Of a stretch of DNA of 64,000 nt, positions 62,966 to 64,000 are shown in pieces. The notes under the pieces were generated by a model. It saw only the letters and a list, made by a program, of their open reading frames with translations, did not search any database and had not been told where the DNA came from. Numbering within the stretch: position 1 is the stretch's first letter; each line of letters opens with the position of its first letter. Where the stretch lies: assembly GCF_006345805.1 (NCBI RefSeq), contig NC_043013.1, positions 55,614,001 through 55,678,000 of the forward strand, in the 5' to 3' direction. The DNA comes from Octopus sinensis (taxonomy: Eukaryota). Made by a program: the position numbers and the translations under genes.

Positions 62966-64000
62966 ACACACACACACACACACACACCACACAGATAGAT
63001 GTCTCTGTGGTAACTTGGGCTACTACAAATGACAGCCAAATCTCTCTTAAAACGCACCCTTTCATCAAAAGACACAGATGTACAGTATTTCAGGAATAAA
63101 AGAAAAAATGCATGCGATGGGTCTGCTGCATTGGAGACAACTCTGGGCTAAACAAAACACAGACATACTTCACATTAAAAGATTATCTGCTGAATAATAT
63201 TAATAAAGTTGCTGGTATATCTTCAAAGTTTCATTCCCTGGTAAAATTTCATGTACTTTAAATGATTTCTCATTATCTTCTATCTAAAACATAAAGAGTA
63301 TTCAGGCAGGTTTGTCTCGCTTAGCTAAAGACCTCAAAATTGTGCAACTTAACCTCGTTTTCGAGGTTACTTTTGTAGTAAAAAAGAGTTGTTGTGCAAC
63401 AAACATACTTTATTTGGTAGGTGAAAGGTTACTGAATCTTATGTCAAAATCAGCAACTCAGTTTTTTGAATCCATAAGGAACATACGCACACACAAACTC
63501 TGTTTTATATATATACATATATGCACAAATAATAATAATTATCATCATCATCATCGTTTAACATCCATCTTCCATGCTAGCATGGGCTGGATGGTACCAC
63601 AAGAGCTGGCCAGGCTGAAACCTGCATCAGACTTCTGTGACTATTTTGGCAGGATTTTTGCAGCTGGATGCCCTTCCAAACACCAATCGCTTTACAGTGT
63701 GGACTGGGTGCTTTTAAGTGGCACCTCAAGACAAAAACAACTTTTAAGAGGGGAGGAAGCACTGGAGGAGGTGATGATGAAAAGGTTATAGTGAGACAGG
63801 TGTCTTGCTGTAGAGAAAGTGCAAGGTTACCCAGCCAGAGGGAGAAAGATCAGGAATGAGGACAGAAACAGGTGTGCTACCACAAAGAAAATACATGGTT
63901 GCCCAACGTGAGTTAGTTGCGGGAGAAGGAGAAAGAGTGGGAGACAGCGGGATAGGGATGGTGGCAAAATGGCAGGCATGGTCACAAGGAACGTAGATCA

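Overview
AT-rich, microsatellite-dense eukaryotic DNA made almost entirely of transposon debris. The SINE and RTE-tail families look like ones I recognise from octopus (cephalopod) genomes; this is an inference, not a database result. I found no intact, recognisable host protein-coding gene, rRNA, true tRNA or CRISPR array, and most ORFs in the supplied track are microsatellite or repeat noise. Supported features: a scrambled hAT transposase fossil (1.3-3.7 kb); two larger RTE/RTEX-type LINE pieces with a PHD-like zinc finger and a tandem-repeat 3' UTR, plus about a dozen 3'-end fragments; a near-full-length dead RTE-BovB-like LINE (about 56-59.7 kb); a restriction-like-endonuclease (R4/Dong-type) LINE remnant; several tRNA-derived SINE families; MITEs, one with a target-site duplication confirmed by an empty-site paralogue in the window; and a recent ~0.7-kb local duplication with an expanded 11-bp minisatellite. 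The most interesting signal is five minimal hammerhead-ribozyme-like motifs (CUGANGA...GAAA with stems I and II and a loop-less ACGU helix III) in three repeat families. One family is a tRNA-headed SINE with a Penelope-like ribozyme tail, a 5' hairpin and a Penelope-style inverted insertion structure. All translations and alignments were done by eye; no searches were run.
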